From the NCBI GenBank assembly GCA_951406725.2, contig OX597818.1, positions 102,114,001 to 102,178,000 on the forward strand: a stretch of 64,000 nucleotides of DNA, in the 5' to 3' direction. Of this stretch, positions 39,858 to 54,840 are shown piece after piece; the first letter of the stretch is position 1; each line of letters begins with the position of its first letter. The notes beneath the pieces are model-generated. The model saw nothing but the letters and a program-made list of their open reading frames with translations, made no database searches and was not told the origin of the DNA. The stretch is from Octopus vulgaris (lineage: Eukaryota). A program made the position numbers and the translations under genes.

Positions 39858-42277
39858 TGATTTTATGTACGCCTGTGAACCGATATATTTGTGTATAGCT
39901 ACATAAGTATGCATATACTTATGTATGTGTAAGTGAAGGTGTGTTTATATACACTACATACGCACTCACATAATATAAATCTACTCTTACATATACATAT
40001 GCTTGCATATACAGAAGCACACCACACACAGATATATACACGTGTGTATATATAAATATATATATATATGCATACATATATGTGTATTTACACATACGTG
40101 CATACATACATGCATAGACATACACATATGCATACATACATATATATATGTATATATGTATATATGTATATATATGTATATGTATGTATATATGCATATA
40201 TATGTTTATAAGGAGAGAGATAAAGAAAAAAATATCTGCGTTCTTTCAGCATAGCTTATCCTGTCAAATTTGTCTACATCATTAACGATGCGTCTTTATA
40301 TAATCAGCCAACTGATAAGTAGTGAAATAAACGAATTTACTGTATTATTAAACAAAATCGCCATATCCAAGAATCGCCTTTCGTTGATTATTGAAAGCAA
40401 TAGTTAAAGTTAGAGAATGAATTTAAGAACGAGAATGTCGAACGAACGTGAATAAAGAAATGAAATTGAATGGAGAAAATTAAAGATGCAAGAATAATAT
40501 ACATTAATAGGAGATCAATTTTAGTTATGATTGATCACTTCAATATTCTATATATGATCAATCAATTTGAAACATCGAGATTCACTGAAATGTGAAAGGG
40601 GATGAATAGATATCCGCAAAGAAATTAGACAATGTTTAACAAAGGGAAGAAAAAAATGTTAATTTAACGGTAGAAATATCTAGAAAGTAAGAATGATGTT
40701 GAAAGTAATAATGCTAATGCACAATATCATATTAAAATATTCGATCTCCTATCATTGTTATTGTCGTACGTTAAGTCACGATTTCATATCGCTGCTTGGA
40801 AAAATTGTTTGTTAAGTATCATACATTGTTATTATTATTATTGGTGTTACTAATTGCGATGGTTTTGACGGAGATTCTGCCTTATTGTCCTTATTTTTGT
40901 GTCGGTGATATTTTTGCCATTTCTGCAGTATGTACTGGTATTCTTGCCCCTTATACCGCTGCTTGCGCCAGCAAAGAAACCGCGTTTGGCAGCCATTGGG
41001 AACTGTCCACATCAAAAATTGGCGTTTGGTATAATTTTCGTTCCTGTGTTTGGTATTGTTGTGTAAATAAACAATAGTAAATAGTATATGACCTCTCTCT
41101 CGTTTTCCAGCTTTCGAAAATTCATATGAAACTGAACTATTTAATGTTATTTTTGTATGGAATCCATTCTGTATAGGAAAAGGAAAGCTATTAATGGAAG
41201 AGGAAACACACTTTACTCACAATTTGCAATGACCAACCAGAATCCAGAACAATATTATCAAAGTTACTTCAATTTATGATGGCGTCAATATTAAGACTAA
41301 AACAACTAACACGCAAAATGGACCAAATCGTAAATTGATGAATCTCTTTGATGTATCAGTTACATTATTGACATTATCAAATGAGCAGCACTAACAATCA
41401 GAGATACACTATCCAGGGAGCACTTCAGTCCAGTCCGACACAAATAATACATTTGATGCCCGACTGCCACGTTATTTTTGGGTCATAGCGTGATTAAGCT
41501 GGTTGCAATATCTCACCCAGAAAATAGGTGATTGCAATAGAAAAAAAGGATATATATAATTTATAAGGATATTCGATTGAGTAGAAACACCGAAACAAAA
41601 GAAGAAAAGAAGAAATACTAACGTAAAAAAGTGTTTCCATGAGCAAAACAGCAAGCGGAACAAACATATCCTCAGAGTCACAGCGGTAAAAATCCAAAAC
41701 AATGGGTGATTTACTGGAAGAATGTTCAAAGATAATAATTTGAGCATTTGGCTATGTATCTCGGTGGATATAAATCTAATGAATATAATACACGATCTCA
41801 TGCAAGATCCTATGACATTCCAGATAATAACTGTCATGGCTCATTTCTAATTGACTTTTTCCCTCTGAAACTCTTACTGGAATTTCGAATTAAATGTTCT
41901 ATGATATCACAAGAGAATCTTCGCATTTGCGTCCATTGACCAATAAGACTACACGGAGCTTCACATGAATTTAGTATACTTCAGGTCTTGAGATATAAAT
42001 TCGCAGACCATCGACTAGATGTATTTTTCCTATATGTTGTCATTCAGGATATCTTCGCGGCAACGCATTTTACGATCCTATTAGAGAGAAGAAAGGAATA
42101 ATTTTCCTTCAAAAATGCCTCGATGATCATACCACTACCACAGTGTGTGTGCATGTATAAATATGTATGTATATAAAGCTATTTATAGCAAGGTTTCTTT
42201 TTATCTGTATATATATATAGATATATGTGTGTGTGTGTGTGTGTGTGTGGGTGGGCGAATGTTTCTATGTGTTAGTA

Positions 42278-42313
<36 letters not shown>

Positions 42314-43167
42314 GTAATTAATATTTATCGCCACAACAAAATGGTTGTTCCACGTTTCCACCGTTTTACCCAAGCTGGCTAGTGGATTGCCATCATTATT
42401 GTGCTAGTCCATAAAAGTTTAGTTTGGCAACATATGATGAAATTTGGTGTCAATATTCATCCCAGATCTCAATCAACTTTCTGATTCTCGCAGAATATAG
42501 GATATTGCATTTTTGCATGACAGAAATGCGACTTTGCATTAGAATACCTTTTAGGGAATGAATATTCACACATCTTTTCTCATTTTACCCAAAAAGAGAA
42601 AAAATTACATTTTTGAAATCTAGATGGTCACAATTTCATGTCCAGAAAGCAGAAATTTTATAATTAAAAAAGAATGATTTTACATGTATATTATTTGGAT
42701 CACAATTTCACTCGGATAAAATTTTAATTCAATATGGAATATTCTTAAAACCATATCATTGGTAACTTATAATCCAAGGCGATGGGTCAGAGTCAATACA
42801 CATTTCAGTTTTCGTACTCATTTCCATTCAGTACTTGTTTGCAGACTATGTGAATCGTATACGTCTTCCTTCTTCTTTTCCTTTGTCAATATTGATAAAT
42901 TTAAGTCTCACATCAGATAATTTGCGAGCCCTTTAGAATGCAACGTATAGTTGACCATAACCGAATACATGTCCAGGTAATAATATCACCATTATAGTAA
43001 ATGTCTGCTCTAGAGATTTATTGATAGCCATCGCATATGAGAGGCGAACGGGAGGATGCGTTTGAGTTAACTGATAGGTGATATTAAAACAAACAAAATA
43101 AACGTTTGCTATGCACTCGCTATCGCACCAGCACCAGCTCTACCAACACCACCACCACTGCCAGCAC

Positions 43168-43203
<36 letters not shown>

Positions 43204-43495
43204 CATCAACAACATCATCAATATCATCATCTCTCTCTATCTCACTCTCTCTTTCTCTCTGCTTTTATTTAATATCACAATCAGAACATCACCCTCCTCC
43301 TAAAATTATTTTCCTAACTCTCCTGTGTACCGCTACATTCAACTAACACGTTTAACAACGTAGTAAACATTACGCTCTCCCTACCACATATTATGGGCGC
43401 TTATCTCACCATCTTTTCTCTCTCTCCCTCTTTTTCTTTCTCTTATCCACCGTTTCCATTCAGCAAGTCACGTGGTAGCGTTACAATTACGTTCC

Positions 43496-43554
<59 letters not shown>

Positions 43555-44103
43555 TTATGTATGTATGTGTGTGTGTATATGACTGTGTGTGAATACATAT
43601 ACATAATATAAGCAGATGAATGATTCTACTGAAGAAATGAGAAAATTCCGTACAAAATCTGCAACTGTTCATGGGCAAGCACCTGAAGGAGAGACTGAGT
43701 AATAATTTTCGATCTAGATATGTTGAGATATAATATCTGCAAAGAAATACATATACTCACACAAAATAAGACACGTACACCCACATATACACATGAAGCA
43801 TATCCAAGCATCTAAATGTCCATGTGTGCTTGTACCTGCTAGGATTAATCATATACTATGTCGGATGATATATTACTAAATTGAATATGGACGTATGCTT
43901 GCATGATACGGTAGCACACAACTATAAATTGCAAACAATATTGCTTTCATAATAGGTTAAATAAAGTTTACATCACGACGTGTGTCATTTTTCCCCTAAA
44001 AGGATTGTGAAATATTTCTTACTCACCCTTAAACCTTCCCTCCGTATCCTTCTTTCCTACTATCCCGTTGAAATCTTCCTCTTCTCTCTCCCTTAACATC
44101 TAA

Positions 44104-44147
<44 letters not shown>

Positions 44148-44198
44148 ATCTGCCTCTATCTGTCTCTGTCTGCCTGTCTCTCTGCCTGTCTCTCTCTC

Positions 44199-44232
<34 letters not shown>

Positions 44233-44296
44233 CATAGACACTGCATATCTCCATATATATATAGATGCACATATATATATATATAGCTATATGGAT

Positions 44297-44334
<38 letters not shown>

Positions 44335-44435
44335 TATGTATATATGTGTGTGTATATATATATATGTATATATATATACGTATATATATGTATATACACA
44401 TACATGTATAAATACATTGCTATATAAATGTACGT

Positions 44436-44478
<43 letters not shown>

Positions 44479-44502
44479 GATATGCATATATGTATATATA
44501 CA

Positions 44503-44548
<46 letters not shown>

Positions 44549-44615
44549 CATATACATATATATATATATATATACATACATACATAATACATATGTGTGT
44601 GAGAGAGAGAGAGAG
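44104..44615. repeat. (CTAT)n/(TA)n/(CATA)n microsatellite field
   Basis: Directly visible. Confidence 0.95.
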
Positions 44616-45425
44616 AAAGAGAGTGAAAATGAAAGATTGAGCAGAGGTGGTTATGTCATGTGTGCTATTGTAAATGTATTCTTACCATGTTGTCTATGAG
44701 GTTTTGGGTTTGTGAGTGCCCAGACAAATATTTGATATTTTATATTTATACTTTCCTTCCCATTAGATATGCTGCATAACAATTCATAAACATATGCAAA
44801 ATAATATATATCTTCCAGTGTAAACCTAGTCTGAAATCTGAAAACCAACATTTCATTCCTTACTGTTGATGTAATTCAGATAGAATGGTTAGATTATAAG
44901 AAATGTTCAGCAAACTAAAAGGAAAATATACAAACAAAACGAAACGAAGCCAGCATACTTAATTCATTAAGTCTGTCATGCGAAATATGATTAATGGATG
45001 AATATGAATATATATTTTTTTCATGCAAAGTATCGCTATGCAAACATTCATAGTTATGGCTCAACTTATCCATGAGAGTTATTCCATATAATTTACGCTG
45101 ACAGCTTGATTAATGTTCTAAGTGTTTTTGCGCAGTATGATGTTATATAATACGGTATACGTTATTTTGGAAAAGAGAAGGCTTGTCTAAATAGATAAAG
45201 CCGGTTTAGAATAATGAAATCAGTTAAGTTCACAGGTTTATAAATTGTAAATATACGTATAAACACACAATCGCAGATACACATCTGCGTGTGTCTTTAG
45301 GTGTGTGTCCATGTATATATAAATATATGTGTGTGTGCGTGTGTGTGCACGCGTATGCGTTTATGTACACATATATTTATTCGTATGTGCGTGTGTATTT
45401 TTACGTATGTGTATGCATATATATA

Positions 45426-45478
<53 letters not shown>

Positions 45479-45617
45479 TGTGTGTGTGTGTGTGTGTGTG
45501 TATATACGTATATATATATATGTGTGTGTGTATTTTTTACGTATGTATATCTATATATATACAAGTATATATATATACATATATACAAATATATCTCTAT
45601 ACATGTGTATATATACG

Positions 45618-45667
<50 letters not shown>

Positions 45668-46299
45668 CGTGTGCGGTACATGTATATATCTGTGTATGTG
45701 CGTGTGTGCAATAGAAAGAGTGAGAGAGAAAGCGAAGGAGTGTGAGATGTTTCAAAATATGCAATATTTCGAAGAATTAATTAATTCTAGTTGAAACATT
45801 ATTGTGGTATTCCAAATCCATACGTGCCATCATACACACATAAGCGTCTGTATGCGTCAATGCATCTATATTTATTTCGGTCTGTATATAGATTTCGTAA
45901 ATGCAAATGTATATTTTGGCGCAATCTTCAAAAATATGTTTAATAGAGATGTGTAAGTCCAGAAAATGACTGAAAATCAATAGAGTTATTCATAAACTGT
46001 TATGAAGTCCTTGGCATTCCTTTAATCGTACATACGAAACGATATGAAATTGGGTACTTCAAACAACTTCTCTTTGTAGTCGTAGACAGCATGTAGAATT
46101 TTATGTGAAAATGTCTACCCGATGCATAATTGTATTCAAGAATAATCTCTCAATCTCTGTTCCATCTCTCTGTCTCTATTTTTTATAAACACACACACGC
46201 ACACACACACTCACACACGCACATATATGGAAAGAGATGTAAGATAGCGGTTGATAAAAAATATCGATAGAGATATATATACATATACATGTATATTTA

Positions 46300-46672
<373 letters not shown>

Positions 46673-48365
46673 ATTGTTAGATATATATAAATGTTGATAA
46701 TAATAAAAAATATTTCGGTTTCCTTTATTACAAAGAACACCTAACCTGATTCTCAAAGTGAATTTATCTATTTTTCCCTAATCGTTAAAAATAAATTCAG
46801 GAGTAAAATAAAAAAAAAAATCTACGAAAACCTCTCAGTAAAAATTCACAACCGTGACAACCTTCTTTTCCATTCAGGCATGTCCGACAATGCATTATGC
46901 ATGTACTCTAAGCGGTAGTGTTTAACTCATAACATCAACTAAACTTGTAAGTAGCAGAAAACCTGAAGCTGGATGGTAGTGACTACCAGAAGAAAATAGC
47001 AGAGTATTTGAATTTCAGGAAAAAAAAACAACAAAATATTTATGTTTATTGAGAGATTTGAGGTGCATATCTCAAAATATCATAACATTCTTCAAACAGT
47101 TTAATGCTTACTGATGTTTCTTTTTCAGTTTCTTTGCGTGGGTTACTAGTAGTAATATGAAAATTGTTCTGGTACTATTTTAAACCATTTTACTCTTTCC
47201 CTTCTTTTATTGAAGTATTGAGTATATTATGGTTCTCATTTATTCTTTATAATCTCCGTTGCATATATCAGCAGAATAATGGCCAATCCTAATCTTATTA
47301 CTCTTACATACACGTGCTGCTATTAAGGAATTGCACAATCGACAAAATCACTGCATTGGTCATCATTTTATTTTATTCGTCTACAAAAGCTTATGATCTA
47401 AATTTCTCGATATAAGACCTGACTTCTATCATATTTTTCAGCATCACTCATTTGAACCCCTTATCTCCATTACTAAAAACTCACTCTAACTCCCTATCAA
47501 ATCCCCTCGTTTCTCGTTCCTTTCTACGATTCACTAGTTATATTGGCGCCATGAACAAGACCGGTTGTACTACCCTTCAGTATTAATATACCTTCTCCCC
47601 GATGCGACTAAAATATCTCGAGCAAAATCTACAAAGATTCTGAAACCATGCATACAAAGGTTTTAGTCCCTCTGCTTATCATCTTTGATGGCAACTGTCT
47701 TTTGCTAAAGCCCCGTAGACCTAAGCCGATTAAAGCTTTGAGTTGATATATTAGAAGGAAAACATTCGTGTAGATGTGGATATATCTCAGAGCATAACGT
47801 CATGCTTGCCAACCAGCGACGCATGACGCCACGTTACGCCACTATAACCTGGTGCTTCTGCAAAAAGACACCGACATAACCATCACCTATTACTTTTAAC
47901 AGAACAAAAAGAAGAAAATCACTTTTCATATGAAGAAATAGCCCTTTCAACTTACATTCATAATCATTAATAACATGCAACTCTATCTGTTCCATTTCTT
48001 CTAATATTAAGACTCATTATGGCAAAAAAAAAGTGATATAGCTATGATTGTATGTTAAGAAAAACGTCTTCATGATTGGGAATAAATTCCTTCATACTGC
48101 TATACATAATAATGACTCAATAAAACTCAGGTGATAAGCAAAATACAGTATCACATTCATATCTTGAAAATTGTCCCCTCCCACTAAACCGAAAACGGAA
48201 ACAACATCATTTCGCATTAAGTATGGTTTCGGAAATTGATACAAGCGCAAATGTGAAGCTAAAAGAAATTAATGAAGCTATAATTTGAATAAAGATCTGG
48301 AAAATATTCGTCAAAATGACTGATTCAAAAGCGTTAGAGAATATGCATTCGTATTCTTGTGCATA

Positions 48366-48367
<2 letters not shown>

Positions 48368-48452
<85 letters not shown>

Positions 48453-48500
48453 TATCATTATTATTATAATTATTATTATTATTATTATTAATATTATTAT
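48368..48500. repeat. (ATT)n microsatellite
   Basis: Directly visible. Confidence 0.97.
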
Positions 48501-49411
48501 CACAGTCTATTCAAACCATGAGAACTTCGCAACAAATATTTTGAAGGAAAATATTTCTCGTATATAAGTAACTGTAGATTCCAACAGACTAGAAAATATG
48601 AGAGACTATAGTCTCACAACCTAAAGATATCACACATAGAAACAGAAACTAAACGTATTAAATATGAAGAAAAAATGGCATGCAACATAGAATAACTACA
48701 TAAAAATAAGATGACACAAACAAAATAAGGAGAATAAAAGTATTAAAGCAATAAAAATTGAAAACGTAAATCACGAAGTTAGATCTGACACAAGCAAAAT
48801 AAAAAACAACGTTCTGAACAATGATAATAATAAAACGAACAAAATATCTACAGACGTAAAGCCTAGCATATCTACAGAATATTAATCAAGAAAATATGAA
48901 CCGAAATCTAAAAAGAAGTCTAGATGAAAAAAAAAAAGAAAGAAAAATAGAAAATTCTAAAAAAAGGAAAATTTGAATAACATATTTGAATATAGTGTAA
49001 AGGTGGAAATACTTAAAGAATGAAATCAATATGTCTTCTTTCAATAAATCAATGATATATTTTCCAAATATATATATCGGGATGATAAAACAATAACGAA
49101 AGTAAAAGGTAAATTTGATATTCGTAAACTCAGTAAATTTGTATGAAAGCTTTTGAAAAAGGACATAACATCGTCCTTTTACATCTTTTCATCTTGAAAC
49201 TGTGGCCAAGATGAGGCAATCTAAATCTAAAGAGAATGTCTGCTTATATAATAAGTAGACTTCCCATTCAACGCCAGGCTATATAAGAAATATGATAATG
49301 TTCAGCAAGATGGAGTTGGTCGTTATCCAAATACAGCTACAAAGATTAGAAATAAAAACTCAAAATTGAATACCGGAAAATAATGCAAAAAATTTGGTCA
49401 GAAATTGGCAT

Positions 49412-49657
49412 GTCACACGAGGAGATATTGGTAAATCGGGTATAGCTGATCCTATATGAAAAAATGGAGTCCACATTCACCTCCCCCTGTGGGATGAAGT
49501 TAAAATAAAAGACAGAGAACACCACTGGAGAATACGAAAACTAAAAGAAGCAGCACATATCCTAGGACACAACAACCTCCTAAGCAACCCTAGTATAGAT
49601 ATGAATAGAATATGGGAACCGGTATTAAGGAAGGATAGGAGAATATTAGATTTATAA
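49412..49657 (+). pseudogene. Penelope GIY-YIG endonuclease C-terminal remnant (second family)
   Basis: VTRGDIGKSGIADPI*KNGVHIHLPLWDEVKIKDREHHWRIRKLKEAAHILGHNNLLSNPSIDMNRIWEPVL is a typical Penelope endonuclease C-terminus. Confidence 0.8.
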
Positions 49658-49671
49658 GCCCTAAAATTCAC

Positions 49672-49745
49672 TCCAAAGTTGGCATAGTGGTTAATAGCGC
49701 AGGCTACTAACTCCAAGAATCCGAGTTCGATTCTAGGCAGTGACC
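49672..49745 (+). promoter_or_regulatory. tRNA-like segment with Pol III A and B boxes just after the Penelope stop codon
   Basis: A box TGGCATAGTGG at 49680-49690 and B box GAGTTCGATTC at 49723-49733. Confidence 0.6.
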
Positions 49746-50513
49746 TAAATGATACTAATAATAGTGATAATAATTACATCGGGAATATCAATGTCGAATG
49801 AACTGATGTAGCCATTTTACCATATATAGTCGTCATTTCAATGATAGCCTCCTGCAATGCTTAATGTCCGTGTTATTATTGTTATTAAGATCACTGTACA
49901 ATGCTCAAGAAGATATGTACGGTATCTCCTACGCATATATTCTCTGTGAGAATCGAAGGTATAAATATTATACTTTACAGAATGCAGAGGATACAAAAAT
50001 AGTAATAATAATAATATCGAAAAGTACATTAGGAAGGAGAACCCAGGTTTTAAATTCCTCCAAGACACCTGGTGTAGGCTGGAGGGTATATCAGTGGAAA
50101 CTACAGTTAACAACAAACATGATGAGAACAAATATTTATCAAGTGTAAATAATGTAGAAAAATGCATGTGGAACTGGGAGAGATCTGCACAATAGTGAAG
50201 TCATGTGAACATGAGTATGGTTTAAGAAATCACACGACACACAACGTTGAGGACACAAATTTTCAGCTACTGCTCTTTTTTATACTACAACTCCGTGCAA
50301 CCAAATGCACCTCCAAGCTGTTTTCCTGCGCTTTACGACAGGGATATTCCCTTCAGTTAAAAAAAACCTTGTATGTTATACATTTACTCATGTTCTTGCC
50401 TCATGTAATCCAATGCAAATTGTTTTCCATTAGCCACAACTTCTGCACTATAGCTTTACGCACGTCGCCATAGACAATTGAATTCATTTAGACAAACTGT
50501 TCCTGACTGAACG

Positions 50514-50620
<107 letters not shown>

Positions 50621-50864
50621 GCATCTATCTATAATCTATCCATTTATCAATCTATCAGTTGTTATCACTTTCACTCTCTCTCTCTTCCTCTCCATATATA
50701 TATATATATATATAGATACATTCATACGTACAAAGATATATACAGATACACTGATGCATAGACAAAGTAGCTAGATAACCGTTTAGTTATATAACATGTT
50801 TTTGTGTGTTTCTATATAGTATATATATAGAATACATTTATATATACACACGTACATACATACA

Positions 50865-50931
<67 letters not shown>

Positions 50932-51126
50932 CGAGTTTACGAAAGAAACAACATTTGTAATATTGATGACGTATTGCCTTGCTATATTTTATGTACACAG
51001 AACGCATTATTTCATTTTATATAATGTTCTTTACGAAATAATTGCGAACGCCAACGTAAAATATATCTTTTTCTAAATAATTGTTACTATACACATGAGC
51101 GCTCCCGCATGTAGTCACTCGTACAG

Positions 51127-51173
<47 letters not shown>

Positions 51174-51192
51174 TACTCAAATATATATATAT

Positions 51193-51227
<35 letters not shown>

Positions 51228-51849
51228 CATACATACATACATACATACATACATGCATACATACATACATACATACATACATACATAGATCATACATAGA
51301 TGCATACATACATAGGTTATTAGCCTGCATGCGATTCTGCTGTTAAGGTAACTACACGTTTTTTGCATTCATTTTCTCCAATGCACAGCATATGAGGAAC
51401 TGTTATTTGATTTTATCAGAAATTCTAAACTATATCTGTAACTCTAACTTAATTCTGACTGTGTTGTGCTAAATTTAATTAATTACAAAGATCTCATGTA
51501 TTCTCTAATCACATTCAGTGCCTAATAAATAACCTAGAAGAAACATATGAAAATAATATTGTTTAACAATTGGATTTTAATATTCCTTTATATTTAAATT
51601 TATGTTGTTTTGAAAAAGCAAATTACGTATATATCAATTGCAATTTTCTCACTGCATAATGCATAATTATGAGTCCGGTTAATGAGATTATGTGTTTTAT
51701 ATGCGAGATCATAATTACAACGACAACGACATAATTGTTGATCGCATCTCATTTAATATGTAGAACACTGTATATCCAAAGAAGATTGCACAAACTTAGA
51801 AACCTTCAAGTTAATAATTTAGTCATTAAAATAATAATCTTTGCCATTG

Positions 51850-52058
51850 TACAATAGGCACAATGCCTCAAATTTGGGGAGAGGACGACTAGTTGGTTAC
51901 TTTGACTCCAGTTCATAACTGGTACTTAATGTATCCACCCAGAAAAAATGAAACGCAATGTCGACCCCGGTGGCATTTGAACAAAAAACATGAAGACAGA
52001 CGAAATACCACTAAGCATTTCGCCCAGCATGCTATTGACTCTGCCACCGCGTCGCCTT
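51850..52058 (-). mobile_element. Degenerate OK-like SINE
   Basis: aactggtacttaat...gtcgacc...atttgaac...gacgaaatacc.ctaagcatttcgccc...gtcgcctt. Confidence 0.7.
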
Positions 52059-52166
52059 AGAGTTTACACATAATGACGTATGAAAACGGGCTGCGCTTGC
52101 TTGGAATATTCAGGGAAAAGATAATTGGTATTACAAAATAATGTTTAATTTGGTATGCATGCATTT

Positions 52167-52199
<33 letters not shown>

Positions 52200-52489
52200 T
52201 GTTTATTTGTGTGTGTATGTGTTTGGGAGGTTGTGTGTATTAGAGTTTGTTCTGAGGTTCATACAACAATTTTATATTAATCTAATGGGATGCCCTTCAT
52301 TTTTGAGGAGTACAGATTTATTACCGTTCAAAAAGTATGTTTTTGATATTGACAACGAAGGTGTGACCAGCTAAGTCATTGTCGTAATGAAGACCGACGA
52401 TCTCCTAGCTGCCCGAAATTTCGAAGTCACTGTCAACAACAATCTCGTTTAAGAGTAACGTGCATATAGGTGTGTGTGTGGGAGGAGGT

Positions 52490-53077
52490 GTCTACCAATG
52501 GCCGTCCCTTAATGTGGTGGAAGAGCTTGTGTGTTTCAATGATTCCAAGAACGATACTGTCCGGAGATTCGGTCTCCCGGTAGTGCCACCAATGGACGCA
52601 AGGTCAAGGATGGGGTCCCAGTCTAAACTCGACCAAACAGCAACATCAACACTCCATGTGTCGAAGGGAGCAGAGGAGGGACAACTCAATCCCCCAAGGA
52701 TTGACTTCGGAGGAAGAGGGCAGTGATAACTAACACTCAGGGAATCCTCGATAGCTGGAACTCCCAGTTCCAGAGCCTACTTAACGACCACTCATGCACT
52801 TCCAATGGTCCCCACCAAAACACCCCACAGTTTGATATCCGCCATTAGATGTCCCCACCACACTCGCCCCATGAGTTCCTCAAGTTATTCGAGCTCAAGA
52901 AGTCGGGCAATGCTCCAAGACCTGACAAAATACTTTGTGAGTTTTTCAAGCACGGAAGTCCTGAGCTGAGATATCATATGATGCTCCTTACTTTCGAAAT
53001 CGCGAAAAGCAAGACTTCTCTCCGGAACGAAAAGCAAAAGGGATACCGAAGTGATTGCAACAACTTTCGGAGCATCT
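52490..53077 (+). mobile_element. Internally deleted RTE-clade LINE fragment (5' UTR-like segment plus RT N-terminal region), continuing at 54441-54455
   Basis: KKSGNAPRPDKILCEFFKHGSPEL...KQKGYRSDCNNFRSI|SLL matches RTE KAPGPDGI..E.FK.GG...KGDRSDCNNYRGISLL. Confidence 0.75.
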
Positions 53078-54440
53078 TAACTACCGACTTAACTACCGAC
53101 CGGTTTCCCTTACATCAATAATCAGCAAGATGTTCGAAACCATCCTTAAGAAAAGTATGATGCTCCACCTCCAAAACACAGCCTCTATCTCTGATTCCCA
53201 ACACGGCTTCGTGCCGAAGAGATCATGCTTGACCAACTTACTGGTAATGGAAGAATTGGTGATGCGCATCATCGATGATAGTGATGCTGTTGACATCGTT
53301 TTATTGGACTTTGCCAAAGGTTTTGACTCGTTAAACCACCGCCTATTACTTGTCAAGCTTCAAGCATATAATTTCCATCCGGATATTGTACGATGGGTTG
53401 GTGCCTTCCTCTCAGATCGCTCCTTCCAAGTCCAAGTTAATGGTTCGCGGTCCGACGTCTCCAGGGCGAGCAGTGGCGTGCCTCAAGGTTCAGTGCTTGG
53501 GCCCTTATTGTTCTTAGTCTTCATAAATGACTTGCCCGACGACCTCACGCAACACACCCTTCTATTTGCCGACGATGTCAAACTGGTCGCTCCTCGCGGT
53601 GATATAGAGGATCTTCGTCGATGCCTCCACCAAATATGGAGGTGGTCTAACGAATGGGACCTGTGTCTGAACGTGTCAAACTGGTGTCATCTGCCTGTTG
53701 GCTCTCCTCCTGCAACTCAACTTGATTTCGAGCCGGGTCGTCTGCTGCTAGAGAGGACCGATCAGGTAAAGGACCTGGGTATCTTGGTGGATTCCTCCTT
53801 TTCGCCTTCGGCCCAGTGCGTCCATGCTGCCAACAAAGCACGCGGAATTCTGTTCTTGATTCGACGGTCATTCGGAATGCTCACAGCAGCCATATTCCTA
53901 CCACTCTATGTCACGCTGGTGAGACCCATATTGGAGTACGGGATTCAAGCTTCTTCTCCTTATCTCCTCAACGACATACATCATCTCGAAAGAGTCCAGA
54001 AGCTGGCTACCCGCATTGTTCATGGTCTCAAAAATTTGTCTTATGAAGACAGGCTGAGGACGCTCGACCTTTATTCTCTAGAAAAACGCCGCCGCCGTGG
54101 TGATCTCATTCTCGCTCACAACATCATAAGCGGAAAGTGTAACCTCTCGAAAGAGCTGTTCTTCACTCCTGCTCCAGAGCGTCGGCTGCGGGGTCATTCC
54201 GAAAAGCTCTACCTGCGACGATTTCATCGACGATTTCATCTCAAGCTTTCTCCGTCCGGGTTGCGGATCCGTGGAACAAGCTGCCAGACGAGATAGTGAA
54301 GATGCCGACGACCGCTTTGTTCAAATCTCCCTTGACCTCAAGTGGCCTGAACTCTTTACATGAACACCACACTGTACTTAACTCCATGTCCCCCTACATG
54401 GCCTTGCTATTTGCTTTTGAGCCAAAAATTAACTAACTAA
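53078..54440 (+). mobile_element. 5'-truncated CR1/L2-like LINE
   Basis: RT ORF, short 3' UTR and (TAAC)n tail. TSD CATCT at 53073-77 and 54441-45. Confidence 0.92.
53079..54363 (+). pseudogene. Non-LTR reverse transcriptase (CR1/L2 group), open until a frameshift near 54245
   Basis: NYRPVSLTS, QHGFVPKRSCLTNL, DFAKGFD, GVPQGSVLGPLLFLVFIND, LFADD, KDLGI, YVTLVRPILEY, LERVQ, LEKRRRRGDLI. Confidence 0.95.
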
Positions 54441-54454
54441 CATCTCACTCCTGA

Positions 54455-54529
<75 letters not shown>

Positions 54530-54549
54530 AATATACATATACTCTTCTT

Positions 54550-54746
54550 GCTCACGAATAAAGATGAATTCATGGGGCGCTCGAATAACTTGATGAACTC
54601 ATGGGGCGAGGGTAGCGGGGATATCTAATGGCGGATGTCGAGCTATGGGTTGTTTGGGAGGAGACCACTGAGAGTGCGTGACTGGTCGTTATGTAGGCTC
54701 TTGAAATGGGAGTTCCAGCTATCGAGGATTCATTGAGTGTCAGTTA
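54550..54746 (-). mobile_element. Inverted diverged copy of RTE segment 52727-52895
   Basis: Reverse-complement similarity, for example gagttccagctatcgaggattc versus gaatcctcgatagctggaactc. Confidence 0.85.
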
Positions 54747-54788
54747 CATATAATTATCAGATATATATACATATACATTGATATATAT

Positions 54789-54840
<52 letters not shown>

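Noticed and set aside
40796-41077. 93-aa ORF with hydrophobic N-terminus
   Set aside because: Non-ATG start, hydrophobicity arises from a (TTA)n run, and no homology is recognised.
47200-47700. Possible ancient LINE RT relic
   Set aside because: Only vague motif echoes (KAYD), which is insufficient.
49672-49745. Bona fide tRNA gene
   Set aside because: Acceptor and anticodon stems do not pair well, so it is treated as a tRNA-derived segment.
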